DNA of 64,000 nt from Myxococcota bacterium (GTDB lineage Bacteria > Myxococcota_A > UBA9160 > JAFDDA01), in contig OZ245817.1 of the NCBI GenBank assembly GCA_965228475.1, positions 1,760,001 to 1,824,000 of the forward strand. The letters run 5' to 3'. A program made the position numbers and the translations under genes. Below, one piece after another: positions 27,591 to 38,264 of this stretch. The notes under the pieces are model-generated. The model ran no database searches, was not told the DNA's origin, and saw nothing but the letters and a program-made list of their open reading frames with translations. Positions within the stretch are counted from its first letter, which is position 1, and each line of letters begins with the position of its first letter.

Positions 27591-29131
27591 CCGAAGGGGC
27601 CAAGCGGGTCGGCGCCGCGGCACTTCTGCTCTCCGCGAGCGTCCTGCTCTCGCGGGTGCTCGGCTACGTGCGCGAGGCGGTCCTCGCGGCGGCGGTGGGG
27701 ATCGGTCCCGCCACCGATGCCTACAAGGCGGCCTTCCAGATCCCGGACGTCCTGAACTACTTCCTGGCCGGCGGCGCGCTCTCGATCCCCTTCATCCCCC
27801 TCTACTCGCGCTACCTGGAACGCGCCGACGAAGAGGGCGCCGCCCGGGCGCTCGGGACCGTCTTCGGGACCACGATGGCCCTGGTGAGCGTCGCGACGGC
27901 CTTCCTCTTCTGGCAGGCGGACGCCTTCGTCGCGCTCTTCTTCCACGACTTCTCGCCCGAGCTCCAGGCCCAGACGGTCCGCCTCACGCGCATCATCCTG
28001 CCGGGGCAGATCTTCTTCTTCGCCGGTGGGATCCTCCGCGCGGCGCTGATGGCGCGCGGGAACTTCGCCGCCCACGCGCTCGCGCCCGTCCTCTACAACG
28101 TGTGCATCATCCTCGGCGGGCTGCTGCTCGCGCCGCGCATGGGCGTCGAGGGCTTCTCCTGGGGCTGCCTCGCCGGGGCGATCGTCGGGCCGTTCCTCGT
28201 TCCGGTGGTGGACGCCCGGCGCCGGCGCCTGCGTCTCGCCCCGCGCGTGCAGCCGCTCTCGGCGGACTTCAAACAGTACGCGCGGCTCCTCGCTCCGCTC
28301 TGTCTCGGCGCGACGCTGCTCACGGTCGACGAATGGTTCGACCGCTACTTCGGCCATCAGATCGGCGTCGGCGCGATCGCCGTGATCACCTTCGCCCGGA
28401 CGCTCATGCTCGTGCCGATCGCGGCGGTGGGGCAGGCCGTGGCGACGGCCGCGCTCCCGGCCTTCTCGCGTCTCCACGCCGCGGGAAAGCCTCGCGAGCT
28501 GAACAGCCTCCTGCAGCGCACGCTCGAGATCTCCCTCGGCCTGGCGATCTGGCTGGCAGCGGGACTCTGGGCGCTCGCAGACCCGGCCGTCCGCTTGCTC
28601 TACGAGCGCGGGGCCTTCACCAGCGCGGACAGCGCTGCCGTCGCCCCCGTGCTCGCGCTGCTCTGCTTCGGCGTTGCCGGCTGGGTCGTGCAGCAGATCA
28701 GCGTGCGCGCCTTCTACGCCCGCGAGCAGATGTGGGCGCCGATGCTGCTCGGCACGGCCATCGCCGCGCTGGCCGTGCCGCTCTACTGGTGGCTCGGGGC
28801 CGAGCGCGGGGTCGAAGGGCTCGCCATGGCCGGCGCGATCGCCGTCAGCGTGAACGCGGTGGCGACCCTGGTGCTCGGCCGCGTGCGCCACGGGGCGCCC
28901 GACCTCGGCGAACTCCTGCAGACGGCGCTTCGCGTGGGCGCGGTCGCGGGCATCGGAGCCGTGGTGGCGGTGCGCTTCGTCGAAGGCCGCCCGGGCTTCC
29001 TCGGGGCCCTGCTCGACGCCGCGGCGGGCGGCGCCGTCTTCCTCGCCCTGACCCTGCCCGGCATCGCCTGGGTCGCACCGAAGCTCCGGCACGCCCTGGT
29101 CGCGCGCCTGCGCCGCTCGCCCGCGCCGTGA
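27587..29131 (+). CDS. murJ: Lipid II flippase MurJ (MviN)
   Basis: [38 protein letters not shown] start overlaps the aminomutase stop. Confidence 0.9.
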   Translation: MTEGAKRVGAAALLLSASVLLSRVLGYVREAVLAAAVGIGPATDAYKAAFQIPDVLNYFLAGGALSIPFIPLYSRYLERADEEGAARALGTVFGTTMALVSVATAFLFWQADAFVALFFHDFSPELQAQTVRLTRIILPGQIFFFAGGILRAALMARGNFAAHALAPVLYNVCIILGGLLLAPRMGVEGFSWGCLAGAIVGPFLVPVVDARRRRLRLAPRVQPLSADFKQYARLLAPLCLGATLLTVDEWFDRYFGHQIGVGAIAVITFARTLMLVPIAAVGQAVATAALPAFSRLHAAGKPRELNSLLQRTLEISLGLAIWLAAGLWALADPAVRLLYERGAFTSADSAAVAPVLALLCFGVAGWVVQQISVRAFYAREQMWAPMLLGTAIAALAVPLYWWLGAERGVEGLAMAGAIAVSVNAVATLVLGRVRHGAPDLGELLQTALRVGAVAGIGAVVAVRFVEGRPGFLGALLDAAAGGAVFLALTLPGIAWVAPKLRHALVARLRRSPAP

Positions 29132-32100
29132 GCTGGTCCTTCTGGATCGACCGCGGGGGCACCTTCACGGACTGCATCGGCCTCGCCCCGGACGGCGGGC
29201 TCCACGTCGCGAAGGTGCTCTCCTCGGACACGGCGCCGGTGGAGGGGATCCGTCAGATCCTCGGGCTCGGGTCCGAGGAACCGATCCCGCCCTGCACGGC
29301 GAAGATCGGGACGACCCTCGCCACCAACGCGCTCCTCGAGCGCCGCGGCGCGCGCACCCTGCTCGTGACCTCGCGCGGTCTCGGGGACGTGCTTCGCATC
29401 GGGACCCAGGAGCGGCCGGAGCTCTTCGAGCTGGCGATCGAGAAGCCGGCGCCGCTCGAGGAGGCGGTCCTCGAGGTCGAGGCCCGCATCGGCGCCGAAG
29501 GCGAGCGGGTCGCGGCGCTCGATCGGGAGGAACTCGAACGGGGCCTCGCCGCCGCGCGGGAGCAAGGGGTCGCCTCCGTCGCCGTGGCGCTTCCGCACAG
29601 CTACCGCGACCCGGAGGACGAGCGCCGCGTCGTCGAGGCCGCGCGGGCCGCGGGTTTCTCCCATGCGGTCGCCTCGGCCGATCTCGTGCGCGAGCTCGGC
29701 TTCCTCGCGCGCGGGGAGACGGCGGTGGCCGACGCCTACCTGACGCCGCTCCTTGCGGATCACGTGCGCGAGCTCTCGGAATCGCTGCCCGGCTCGCGGC
29801 TCTCCTTCATGCAGTCGAGCGGAGGCCTCTCCGAGCCCGCGCGCTTCCGGGGCCCGACGGCCCTTCTCTCGGGGCCGGCCGGCGGCGTGGTCGGCGCGGC
29901 GCGGGTCGCGCGGGAGGCCGGCTTCGCCGGCGCCGTGGGCTTCGACATGGGAGGCACCTCGACGGACGTCTCCCTGGTGACCGAAGGCGAGATCGAGCGC
30001 GCCTTCGAATCGGAGGTCGCCGGGGTGCGCGTGCGCGCACCGATGATGCGCATCCACACGGTGGCCGCCGGCGGCGGGTCGCTCTGTCGCTTCGACGGGT
30101 TCCGCCTGACCGTGGGCCCCGAGAGCGCCGGCGCGAGCCCCGGGCCGCTCTGCTACGGGCGCGCGGATGCCTCGGGCGCGCCGCTGGCAGAGGAGCTCGC
30201 GCTCACCGACGTGAATCTCGCCCTCGGCCGCCTCCAGCCGGACCGCTTCCCGTTCCCGATCGCGCGCGAGCCCGTGGACGCGGCGCTCGCCGAACTCGAG
30301 GGCTCGCTCGCCGCCTCCGGGCAGCGGCTCGTCGCCGAGGAGATCGCCGCGGGCTTCGTCGAGGTGGCGAACGCCGCGATGGTCCAGGCCATCGCGGAGG
30401 TCTCGGTCGCACGCGGCGTCGACCCGCGCGGGCTGGCGCTGGTCGGTTTCGGCGGCGCCGCGGGGCAGCACGCCTGCGCCATCGCCCGCGCGCTCGGCAT
30501 GGAGACGGTGCTGCTCCACCCCTTCGCCGGGCTGCTCTCGGCCTACGGGATCGGGAGCGCCGAGCACGTCTGGGACGGGCAGGGCGACGCCGGGCGCGTG
30601 CCCCTGGAAGCCGACGGACTCCCGGCCGCCGTCGTGGATCTCCACCGCGAGCTCGAAGCCGAGGGCCGGGCGGCCCTGCTCGCCGAGGGCGCAGCGGAGG
30701 AAGGCCTCGTCGCCGAGCCCCTGCTCGACCTCCGCTACGCCGGAACCGAGACCGCGCTGACCGTGCGCGCGCCCGCCGCGGGCGGTTGGCCCGCGGCCTT
30801 CGCGGCGACCCACCGGACGCGCTTCGGCTACGTCCGCGAAGGACGCCCGGTCGAGATCGTGACGGCCCGGGTGCGCGTGAGCGCGCCGGGGGAGGGCGGG
30901 GAGGTGGCGCCGAGGGCGCCCGACGCCGGAGCTGCGCCCGCGGCGCCCGTCCGCCACGCCTCGGTCTGGTTCCCGGGGGAGGGGCGACTCGAGACGCCGG
31001 TCTTCGAGCGCGACTCGCTCCCGGCCGGAAGCACGGTCTCGGGACCGGCGCTCCTGCTCGAAGGGACCGGGACCGTCGTCGTCGATCCGGGCTTCGAGGG
31101 CGAGATCGACGCACGCGGCACCCTCGTGCTGTGCGACCGGGACCGGGGCCAGACCCGGGCCGCGAAGCCCCGCCACGACCTCGAACGCGCGGACCCGGTC
31201 CGGCTCGAGGTCTTCGGCAACCGCTTCATGTCGATCGCCGAGCAGATGGGCGCCGTCCTCCGCAACACGGCCTTCTCGACCAACATCAAGGAGCGCCTCG
31301 ACTTTTCCTGCGCGGTGTTCGACGGGGAGGGCGGGCTCGTCGCCAACGCGCCCCACATCCCCGTCCACCTCGGTGCCATGGGCGAGACCGTACGGGCCGT
31401 GCGCGCCCGCTTCCCGGACCTGGCCGCGGGGGACGTCGTGGTGAGCAACGACCCCTACGAGGGCGGCTCGCACCTGCCCGACGTGACGGTCGTCTCCCCG
31501 GTCTTCGTCGGCGGAGCGGCCACGCCGGACTTCTTCGTCGCCGCCCGCGGCCACCACGCCGACATCGGCGGGAAGACCCCGGGATCGATGCCGCCGGACT
31601 CGACGACGCTCGAAGAAGAAGGCGTCGTGCTGCACGCCTTCCGCCTGGTCGCGGGCGGGGTCTACGACGAGGCGGGCGCCCGCGAGCGCCTCGCCGCAGG
31701 GCCGTTCCCGGCGAGGAATCCCGAGGACAACCTCGCGGACTTCGAGGCCATGGCCGCGGCGAACCGCGCCGGAGCGGGGCTCCTCGAAGCGATGGTCGAG
31801 CGCGAGGGTCTCGAAGCCGTGCGCACGACGATGCGTCAGCTCCAGGAGGCCGCCGCCGGCAAGGTGGCCCGGGAGATCGGCGGCCTCCCGGACGGCGAGC
31901 ACACCTTCCGCGACGCCCTCGACGACGGCACCGAGATCGCGGTGCGCCTCACCGTGGCAGGCGAGCGCATGACGATCGACTTCGACGGGACGGCCCCGGC
32001 CCAGCCCGGCAACCTGAACGCGCCCCGGGCGGTCGTCCACGCGGCGATCCTCTACGTCCTCCGCTGCCTCGTCCACGAACGGATCCCGCTGAACGGGGGC

Positions 32101-32715
32101 TGCCTCGATCCCGTCGAGATCCGCATCCCGGCCGGCAGCCTGCTCGACCCGCCGCCCGGCCACGCCGTGGTGGGCGGCAACGTCGAAACCTCCCAGCGCG
32201 TGGTCGACGTCCTGCTCGGCGCCCTCGGCAGGGCCGGCGCGAGCCAGGGCACCATGAACAACGTGACCTTCGGCGACGCCCGCTTCGGCTACTACGAGAC
32301 GATCGGCGGCGGGGCCGGCGCGGGCCCGGACTTCGCCGGAGCCTCGGGCGTCCACACCCACATGACGAACACCCGCATCACCGACCTCGAAGTGATCGAG
32401 ACCCGCTACCCGGTCCGCATCGAGCGCTTCGCCCTGCGGCGCGGGACGGGCGGGGCAGGGCGCCAGCCCGGGGGCGACGGCCTGGTCCGCGCCTACCGCT
32501 TCCTCTCGCCGGTCGAGGTCTCGCTTCTGACCGAACGCCGGTTGACGGCGCCCTACGGGGCGGCCGGGGGCGCCCCGGGCGCGCCCGGCGCGAACCGCGT
32601 CGAGCGCGCGAACGGCCGGGTCGAGCTGCTGGGTCCGAAGGCACGGGCCGAACTCGCCGCGGGCGATCGGCTCGTGGTGGAGACCCCGGGCGGCGGAGGC
32701 TTCGGCGCCGCGTGA
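29128..32715 (+). CDS. Single-chain 5-oxoprolinase / hydantoinase A+B fusion
   Basis: [64 protein letters not shown]. Confidence 0.93.
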   Translation: MSWSFWIDRGGTFTDCIGLAPDGGLHVAKVLSSDTAPVEGIRQILGLGSEEPIPPCTAKIGTTLATNALLERRGARTLLVTSRGLGDVLRIGTQERPELFELAIEKPAPLEEAVLEVEARIGAEGERVAALDREELERGLAAAREQGVASVAVALPHSYRDPEDERRVVEAARAAGFSHAVASADLVRELGFLARGETAVADAYLTPLLADHVRELSESLPGSRLSFMQSSGGLSEPARFRGPTALLSGPAGGVVGAARVAREAGFAGAVGFDMGGTSTDVSLVTEGEIERAFESEVAGVRVRAPMMRIHTVAAGGGSLCRFDGFRLTVGPESAGASPGPLCYGRADASGAPLAEELALTDVNLALGRLQPDRFPFPIAREPVDAALAELEGSLAASGQRLVAEEIAAGFVEVANAAMVQAIAEVSVARGVDPRGLALVGFGGAAGQHACAIARALGMETVLLHPFAGLLSAYGIGSAEHVWDGQGDAGRVPLEADGLPAAVVDLHRELEAEGRAALLAEGAAEEGLVAEPLLDLRYAGTETALTVRAPAAGGWPAAFAATHRTRFGYVREGRPVEIVTARVRVSAPGEGGEVAPRAPDAGAAPAAPVRHASVWFPGEGRLETPVFERDSLPAGSTVSGPALLLEGTGTVVVDPGFEGEIDARGTLVLCDRDRGQTRAAKPRHDLERADPVRLEVFGNRFMSIAEQMGAVLRNTAFSTNIKERLDFSCAVFDGEGGLVANAPHIPVHLGAMGETVRAVRARFPDLAAGDVVVSNDPYEGGSHLPDVTVVSPVFVGGAATPDFFVAARGHHADIGGKTPGSMPPDSTTLEEEGVVLHAFRLVAGGVYDEAGARERLAAGPFPARNPEDNLADFEAMAAANRAGAGLLEAMVEREGLEAVRTTMRQLQEAAAGKVAREIGGLPDGEHTFRDALDDGTEIAVRLTVAGERMTIDFDGTAPAQPGNLNAPRAVVHAAILYVLRCLVHERIPLNGGCLDPVEIRIPAGSLLDPPPGHAVVGGNVETSQRVVDVLLGALGRAGASQGTMNNVTFGDARFGYYETIGGGAGAGPDFAGASGVHTHMTNTRITDLEVIETRYPVRIERFALRRGTGGAGRQPGGDGLVRAYRFLSPVEVSLLTERRLTAPYGAAGGAPGAPGANRVERANGRVELLGPKARAELAAGDRLVVETPGGGGFGAA

Positions 32716-32797
32716 GGCGCTCGTACCGCCTCGAGGCCCTGCACCCGAATCGACACTTGGCCTTGCCGCCCGGCCCCCCGCGTTCTAGCTTCGGCCC

Positions 32798-32873
32798 GGG
32801 CGCGTAGCTCAATTGGCAGAGCAAGTGGCTCTTAACCACTAGGTTCGGGGTTCGATTCCCCGCGCGCTCACCA
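32798..32873 (+). tRNA. tRNA-Lys(CTT)
   Basis: Cloverleaf GGGCGCG...CGCGCTCACCA; anticodon arm AGTGG-CTCTTAA-CCACT; GGTTCGA T-loop. Confidence 0.96.
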
Positions 32874-32984
32874 GCCCACCCTGCGAGATTGCCGCGCGGT
32901 TGCGCATCGCACCCGCGTCGGCTCGACACCCCGGGCTCCCGCTCGCTACTCACAAGCGGGCGACGCTGCCGCCCGGAGCATGCC

Positions 32985-33773
32985 ATGGGGTCCATCCTTC
33001 GAATCGCGCTCGTCGCGCTCGGCCTGACTTCGACCGGGCTGCTCCCGGCCTCGAGCGTTGCCGCGACCCTCGACCCGAGCCGGGACGCCCGGCAGCTCGT
33101 GCGCGTCGACGTCTGGACCGACGCCGACGGCCCCGAAGGGCTGATCCAGGAGCAGGAAGAGATCGAGGTCTTCGACCTCTTCCCCTTCGACGAGCGGCTG
33201 GAGCTCCAGCGGGTGGCCGGCGCGCTCGGCGCCTCGGCGCTGGCCGAACTCGAGACCGTGATCACACCGACGCGGGTCGAAGCGCGCGCCTTCACCGACA
33301 GCATCGCCTCCGCGCTCGGGTCGCAGTACGCGCGCGGCGTCGGTCAGGCGCTCTTCCGGCTGGAGTTCACGGTGGCGGAACCGACGCCCTTCGACCTCAC
33401 TCTCGTGGTGCTCGGGGTCGGGGAGGCGGACGTCGACGTCTCGCTGGAGAGCCTCGGCGAGTTCGACGAGCTCGAGCTCAACGGCGAGCCCGGGGAAGAG
33501 CGGCTCGAGATCTCCGGCGTCTTCCAACCCGGGCAGTACTACAACCTCTACGGGTTCGCGTTCATGCGATCGGACGCCGGGCAGGGGGAACTCCCGGAGC
33601 TCGGCTCCGCGGGCTTCGAGATCGTTCTCACGGTGCCGGAGCCGGGACCGATCCCGCTGCTCGGGATGGGGGTCCTGGCCGGCGCCTCATTGAAGCGCCG
33701 CTCGCATCCATGCACAGGTCGGCGCGCGTCGGCTACGGCGCGAAGGCTGACGGCCCGGGCACTCCCTGGATGA
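32985..33773 (+). CDS. PEP-CTERM surface protein
   Basis: Signal peptide; C-terminal VPEPG + hydrophobic segment + KRR. Confidence 0.8.
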   Translation: MGSILRIALVALGLTSTGLLPASSVAATLDPSRDARQLVRVDVWTDADGPEGLIQEQEEIEVFDLFPFDERLELQRVAGALGASALAELETVITPTRVEARAFTDSIASALGSQYARGVGQALFRLEFTVAEPTPFDLTLVVLGVGEADVDVSLESLGEFDELELNGEPGEERLEISGVFQPGQYYNLYGFAFMRSDAGQGELPELGSAGFEIVLTVPEPGPIPLLGMGVLAGASLKRRSHPCTGRRASATARRLTARALPG

Positions 33774-36700
33774 ACCCCGGCACGAAGAGCAGGAAGTCGT
33801 CGATGTTGACGAAGCCGTCGCCGCTCATGTCGGTTTCGTTCGCGCCCGGACTGCCGGAGATGAAGTCCGGCAGGAAGAGCAGGAAGTCGTCGATGTTGCA
33901 GAAGCCGTCGTCGTTGAAGTCGCAGTCGCAGGCGTTGCCGTAGCCGTCGGCGTCGCCGTCGAGCTGGTCGTTCGGGCCTCCGTCGGGGCCGTTCGGGACC
34001 TCGGTGCAGTTGTCCTCTTCGTCGAAGAGGCCGTCGTCGTCCGCATCGCGGGAGCCGATCCGCACGGTCCGGTGCGCGACGGACTGGGACCCGTCGACGA
34101 TCCCGAGGAAGCGGAGCAGCGTCCCGTCCGGCGTGCCGGCGGTGACGACCGGCGGCATGGAGACCGTGATCTCCTGGCCCGGCAGCAGGTTGCCGAGCTG
34201 CCACTGGACCCGCTCGCCGGGGCTGCAGCTCGAGTTCAGGTTGCCCGAGACCGTGCAGATTCCACCGCCCGTCGTCGTGCCCTGGCTGAAGGCGTTCAGG
34301 TTGTCCGGGACCCGGGCTTCGAGGACCACGTCGAAGCGCGTCACGGTGTCCTGGTTCTGGACGGTCAGGTCGATCTGGAGTGCTTCGAGGGGCTGGGCCG
34401 GGTCCGGTTCCGCGTCGATCGTGAGGGAGAGCGGCGCGTCGTCCATGCTGGCGGTGACGAAGCGGGCGCGTGCCTCCGCCGGCGTGCCGGCGTCGTCGCG
34501 CAGGAGAGCGGACCCGAGGAGCAGGACCTGGGCCGCCGGATCGAGGACGCGCAGCGTCGCCTCCCGGGTGCCTCCCTGCCCCGGAGCCACCGGGCCGAGG
34601 TTCCATTCGACGTGGTCACCCACGAGGGAACCGCCTTCGTTGGCGGACAGGAAGCTCGTGCCTTCCGGGAGTGCCAGCCGCAGGGTCGTTCCCGTGCGGG
34701 TGCCGGGCCCGCGGTTCGCGAAGGTGAGGTTCACCGTGAGGTCGCCATCGCGCGCGACCGGGTCGGGGCTTTCGTCCGCCGCCAGCTCGAGCTGCGGCGC
34801 AGTCTCCACCGCCGTCGCCACGCCCGCGAGCGCCTGGTCGCCGCCGCCTTCCTCGGCGCGCACCCTCCAGTCGATCAGAGTTCCGCCCGGCGTTCCGCTG
34901 GCCACGCCGGCCGGGACGGTCACGGTCCGGTGATCGCCCGCCGGCAGCTCTCCGATCGTCCAACGCAGGCGCTCTCCCGCGCTGCACACCGAGTTGAAGT
35001 TGCCCGAGATGTTGCAGGCGCCGCCGCCCGTGCTCAGGTTCTGGCTGATGCCGTTCACGCCGTCGGGCGTTCGCGTCTCGACCGCGACGTCGAAGAGGGA
35101 GAACGGGCCCGAGTTGGCGACGGTGATCTCGACGCTCTGCGGCTCGCCGGGCCGCACGGGGTCGGGGTGGACCTCGAGGGCCACCTCGAGCGGCGAATCG
35201 TCCAAGATGGCGGTGACCGCGGCGGCGCGCGCGGCGTTGCGCGGGAAATCGTCGTCGCCGATCGCGGCCCGGGCGCGGATCTGCTCGCCGTCCGCGAGAG
35301 CCGCTTCGGTCGCGAACTCCGCCCGGCGCTCGCCACTGCGCCCGGCCGGGAGCACTCCGAGGTTCCAGACGACGTCGTCGCCCACGAGGGCTCCGCCGTC
35401 GCTGGCGGAGACGAAGCTCGTGCCGGGGGGAACCGGGAGACGCAGACTCGTCCCGGTGACCGTGCTGGCGGATCGGTTGGCGTAGACCAGGTCGTAGTGC
35501 AGCGCGCCATCGGAGGCCGCCGGGTCCGGTGCGTCGGTCAGGAGGAGTTCGAGGGCCGGGCTCTCCTGGACGAGGACGGCCTGGCTTGCCGTGACCTGCT
35601 CACCGCCGCCCTCGCTCAGCGTGGCGCGCCAATGGGGCAGGCGGCCATCCGCGGTGCCGGCCGTGACCGTGGCCGGCAGGCTGACCGTGACGCGTTCGCC
35701 CGCGCCGAGCGTGCCGAGGGCCCATTGGAGCCGCTCGCCTCGACTGCACGTCGAGTTGAAGTTCCCACCGATCTGGCAGGTGCCGCCGCTCGAGGTGAGG
35801 CTCTGCGCGAAGCCGTTGGTCCGCTCGGGGACTCGGGTCTCCATCGTCACGTCGACGAGCGGGAAGGGGCCGGCGTTGCTGGCGGTGAGCTCGACGATCT
35901 GGGCCTCGCCGGGCCGGACGGGATCCGGCGTGACCGCCAGGCCGAGACGGAGCGCCGGGCCGCTCTGGACGGCGGCGACGTCGGCCGCGCGGGCGGTCCC
36001 GGCCGGGAAGGAATCGTCGGTGATGCGTGCGAGGGTGCGGAGGAGCTCGCCGTCTCCGAGGCCCGGGTCCGTGGCCAGGGTTGCGTAGCGCGTGTCGCCG
36101 GCGCCCGGGGTCACCGGGCCGAGGTTCCACTGCACGGCGCCGTCCACGACGGCACCCCCGTCGCTGGCCGCGACGAAGCTCGTGCCGGGCGGGAGCGGGA
36201 GCCGCAGGACGACGCCGGTGGCCGTGGAGACGCTCGCGTTCGAGAAGATCACGCTGTAGAGGAGGTCTTCATCGGGGTTGGCCGGATCGCGCTCCGCGTC
36301 GACCGCCAGCTCGAGGGCCGGTTCCGAGGCGACGATCACGGTCTGGCGCGCGAGGGCCTGTTCGCCGCCGCTCTCCGTCAGCCAGCCGCGCCAGGGCAGG
36401 AGCCGGCCGTCCGCCGTCGAGCCCGTGACGATCGGTGGCAGGGAGACCGTGACGCGCTCTCCGGCCGAGAGGGTGCCGAGCTCCCAGCGGAGCCGCTCTC
36501 CGGTGCTGCAGGTCGAGTTGAAGTTGCCGGAGACGCTGCACAGCCCGCCCTCGCTCGAGAAGCTCTGGCCGAAGCCGTCGATCTGCGCCGGGATGCGTGT
36601 CTCGAGCACGACGTCGCTCGCCGGCACCGGCCCGCGGTTGGTGGCGGTGAGCTCGACGTGGAGGGCGCCTCCGGCCCGCACCGGGTCCGGGTTCACCGCG

Positions 36701-37566
36701 ATTCCCAGCTCGAGGCCGACGGGCGCGACGCTCCCGTCGACGGCGGTGACGCTCGTCGCCGTGGCGGACCCGCCGGCGTTGGTGACGGTGGCCTCGGCCG
36801 GGATCAACGTTCCGTTGCCGAGACCGCCGTCCACCGCGAAGACGGCCTGGCGGGTTCCGCCGGCACCGGACGGCAGAGTCCCCAGCGCCCACGAGATGGT
36901 TCCCGCGGCGAAGATCCCGCCGTCGCTCGCGGAGACGAAGGTGGTTCCCGCCGGCACCGGCAGGGTGAGGTTGGCGCCGAGCGCGGTGACCGCGCCGACG
37001 TTCGCGAACGCCAGCTCGTAGGTCAGGTTCTCCCCGGGCGCGACCGGGTCGGCGTCTTCATCGAGGGCGAGTTCGAAGATCGGCGCCGCGTCCACGCCGA
37101 CGGTTTCGCTCGCCGTGACCGGCCCGCCGTCGTCCGCTTCGACCTCGAAAGTGAGGGCGGCGCCGGTGGCGGCGCTCACGAACGGCGCGAAGCTGACGGT
37201 GGCGCTGCCTCCCGGGGGAAGCACAGGGATGATCCAGGCGATCGTCTCTCCGGCGTCGCAGTTGGTGTTGAAGTTCCCGCTGCCCGAACACTCGCCGTCG
37301 CCCGTCGTGAGGCTCTGGCTGAAGGACGAGATGCCCGACGGGAGCACGGACTGCAGTTCGACGTCGATCAGCCCGAGGACGTCGGTGTTGGTGACCGTGA
37401 ACTCGACGTGGACCGGTTGGCCGGTCCGAACGGGGTTGGGGTTCACCTCGACCCCGAGCTCGAGCCCCCGGGCCGGGCTGGCGACGGCCAGCGCTCCGAG
37501 CAGAAAGAGACCCAATCCACCAGATCCCCACCGACCGATCCACATGAGCTTCAACACCAGCGCCAT
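33733..37566 (-). CDS. Large secreted protein with nine DUF11-like Ig repeats and a TSP3/dockerin-like Ca-binding tail
   Basis: Signal peptide; repeated L-E-L-x5-PDPV...N...W-x-LG-x-L units; tail DADDDG...DNC...DGDADGYGNACDCDFNDDG...NIDDFLLF (twice). Confidence 0.85.
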   Translation of the reverse strand: MALVLKLMWIGRWGSGGLGLFLLGALAVASPARGLELGVEVNPNPVRTGQPVHVEFTVTNTDVLGLIDVELQSVLPSGISSFSQSLTTGDGECSGSGNFNTNCDAGETIAWIIPVLPPGGSATVSFAPFVSAATGAALTFEVEADDGGPVTASETVGVDAAPIFELALDEDADPVAPGENLTYELAFANVGAVTALGANLTLPVPAGTTFVSASDGGIFAAGTISWALGTLPSGAGGTRQAVFAVDGGLGNGTLIPAEATVTNAGGSATATSVTAVDGSVAPVGLELGIAVNPDPVRAGGALHVELTATNRGPVPASDVVLETRIPAQIDGFGQSFSSEGGLCSVSGNFNSTCSTGERLRWELGTLSAGERVTVSLPPIVTGSTADGRLLPWRGWLTESGGEQALARQTVIVASEPALELAVDAERDPANPDEDLLYSVIFSNASVSTATGVVLRLPLPPGTSFVAASDGGAVVDGAVQWNLGPVTPGAGDTRYATLATDPGLGDGELLRTLARITDDSFPAGTARAADVAAVQSGPALRLGLAVTPDPVRPGEAQIVELTASNAGPFPLVDVTMETRVPERTNGFAQSLTSSGGTCQIGGNFNSTCSRGERLQWALGTLGAGERVTVSLPATVTAGTADGRLPHWRATLSEGGGEQVTASQAVLVQESPALELLLTDAPDPAASDGALHYDLVYANRSASTVTGTSLRLPVPPGTSFVSASDGGALVGDDVVWNLGVLPAGRSGERRAEFATEAALADGEQIRARAAIGDDDFPRNAARAAAVTAILDDSPLEVALEVHPDPVRPGEPQSVEITVANSGPFSLFDVAVETRTPDGVNGISQNLSTGGGACNISGNFNSVCSAGERLRWTIGELPAGDHRTVTVPAGVASGTPGGTLIDWRVRAEEGGGDQALAGVATAVETAPQLELAADESPDPVARDGDLTVNLTFANRGPGTRTGTTLRLALPEGTSFLSANEGGSLVGDHVEWNLGPVAPGQGGTREATLRVLDPAAQVLLLGSALLRDDAGTPAEARARFVTASMDDAPLSLTIDAEPDPAQPLEALQIDLTVQNQDTVTRFDVVLEARVPDNLNAFSQGTTTGGGICTVSGNLNSSCSPGERVQWQLGNLLPGQEITVSMPPVVTAGTPDGTLLRFLGIVDGSQSVAHRTVRIGSRDADDDGLFDEEDNCTEVPNGPDGGPNDQLDGDADGYGNACDCDFNDDGFCNIDDFLLFLPDFISGSPGANETDMSGDGFVNIDDFLLFVPGFIQGVPGPSAFAP

Positions 37567-37659
37567 CCTCCGAGCAGCTTTTCGCTAGCGAGTAGTGGCT
37601 CGGCGGGCGGCCCCGTGTCAAGCGGGGAGGCCGGACGGAGCGGTGAGCGGGGCGCCCCG

Positions 37660-38175
37660 TCACATCGGGCGCGTCCTCTTCTGGCGCACCCAGAGCGACC
37701 CCGCGACGAGCGTCGCTCCCCCGGACAGCGCCAGGACTCCGAACGCGTCGAGGAACGGTGCCGCGCCGACGCCGATGGCGCCGAGCACCCAGGGGATCTC
37801 GCAGGCGACGAGCGCGGACGCACCGGCGAGGACTCCACCGATTCCGGCCCGGCGGGCGCCCGTCGCCCGCCCCGCGCCCGCATCGCCCGCCAGCGGTGCA
37901 AAGAAGTCCGCGTCCGGGTCGATGCCTTCGATGCGGAGTCGCAGCTCGCCTCCCGCCTCGTCGAGGTTCCAATCGAGCCCCCCGCAGCAGCCGCGCTCGA
38001 AGGCGACGAGGGCTTCGAGGCGCGCCTTCAGCGCGGGATCGTCCGGGAAGCGCCAGGCGCGTCCGTGGGGGAGGCGCTCGGCCGCTCGCGCGCGCGGCAG
38101 GATCTCTCGGCGGAACATCGCGACCCGCTCCTGCTGGTCCTGCGGCGGCAGGCTGCAGACTTCACCCTGATCCAT
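37660..38175 (-). CDS. Cysteine-motif membrane protein (possible metal/redox handling)
   Basis: VCSL, FERGCCG, then two TM segments containing ACEIP; AAGGAGG RBS. Confidence 0.7.
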   Translation of the reverse strand: MDQGEVCSLPPQDQQERVAMFRREILPRARAAERLPHGRAWRFPDDPALKARLEALVAFERGCCGGLDWNLDEAGGELRLRIEGIDPDADFFAPLAGDAGAGRATGARRAGIGGVLAGASALVACEIPWVLGAIGVGAAPFLDAFGVLALSGGATLVAGSLWVRQKRTRPM

Positions 38176-38216
38176 GGTGCCCTCCTTCGAGCGCGCAGCT
38201 CCGCGCGCAAGCAGGA

Positions 38217-38247
38217 AGGCTACGGGTTCAAGCGCACTTGAAGTCAA
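38217..38247 (-). promoter_or_regulatory. MerR/SoxR-type promoter with 19-bp spacer and dyad operator
   Basis: Minus strand TTGACT-N19-TAGCCT enclosing TTCAAG-N4-CTTGAA (38227-38242). Confidence 0.85.
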
Positions 38248-38264
38248 GCCCCGGAGAGCGAGGC

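Noticed and set aside
33775..33910. Repeated GAAGAGCAGGAAGTCGTCGATGTTG, superficially CRISPR-like
   Set aside because: Only two copies, encoding the duplicated NIDDFLLF motif; no cas genes. No CRISPR array seen in the window.
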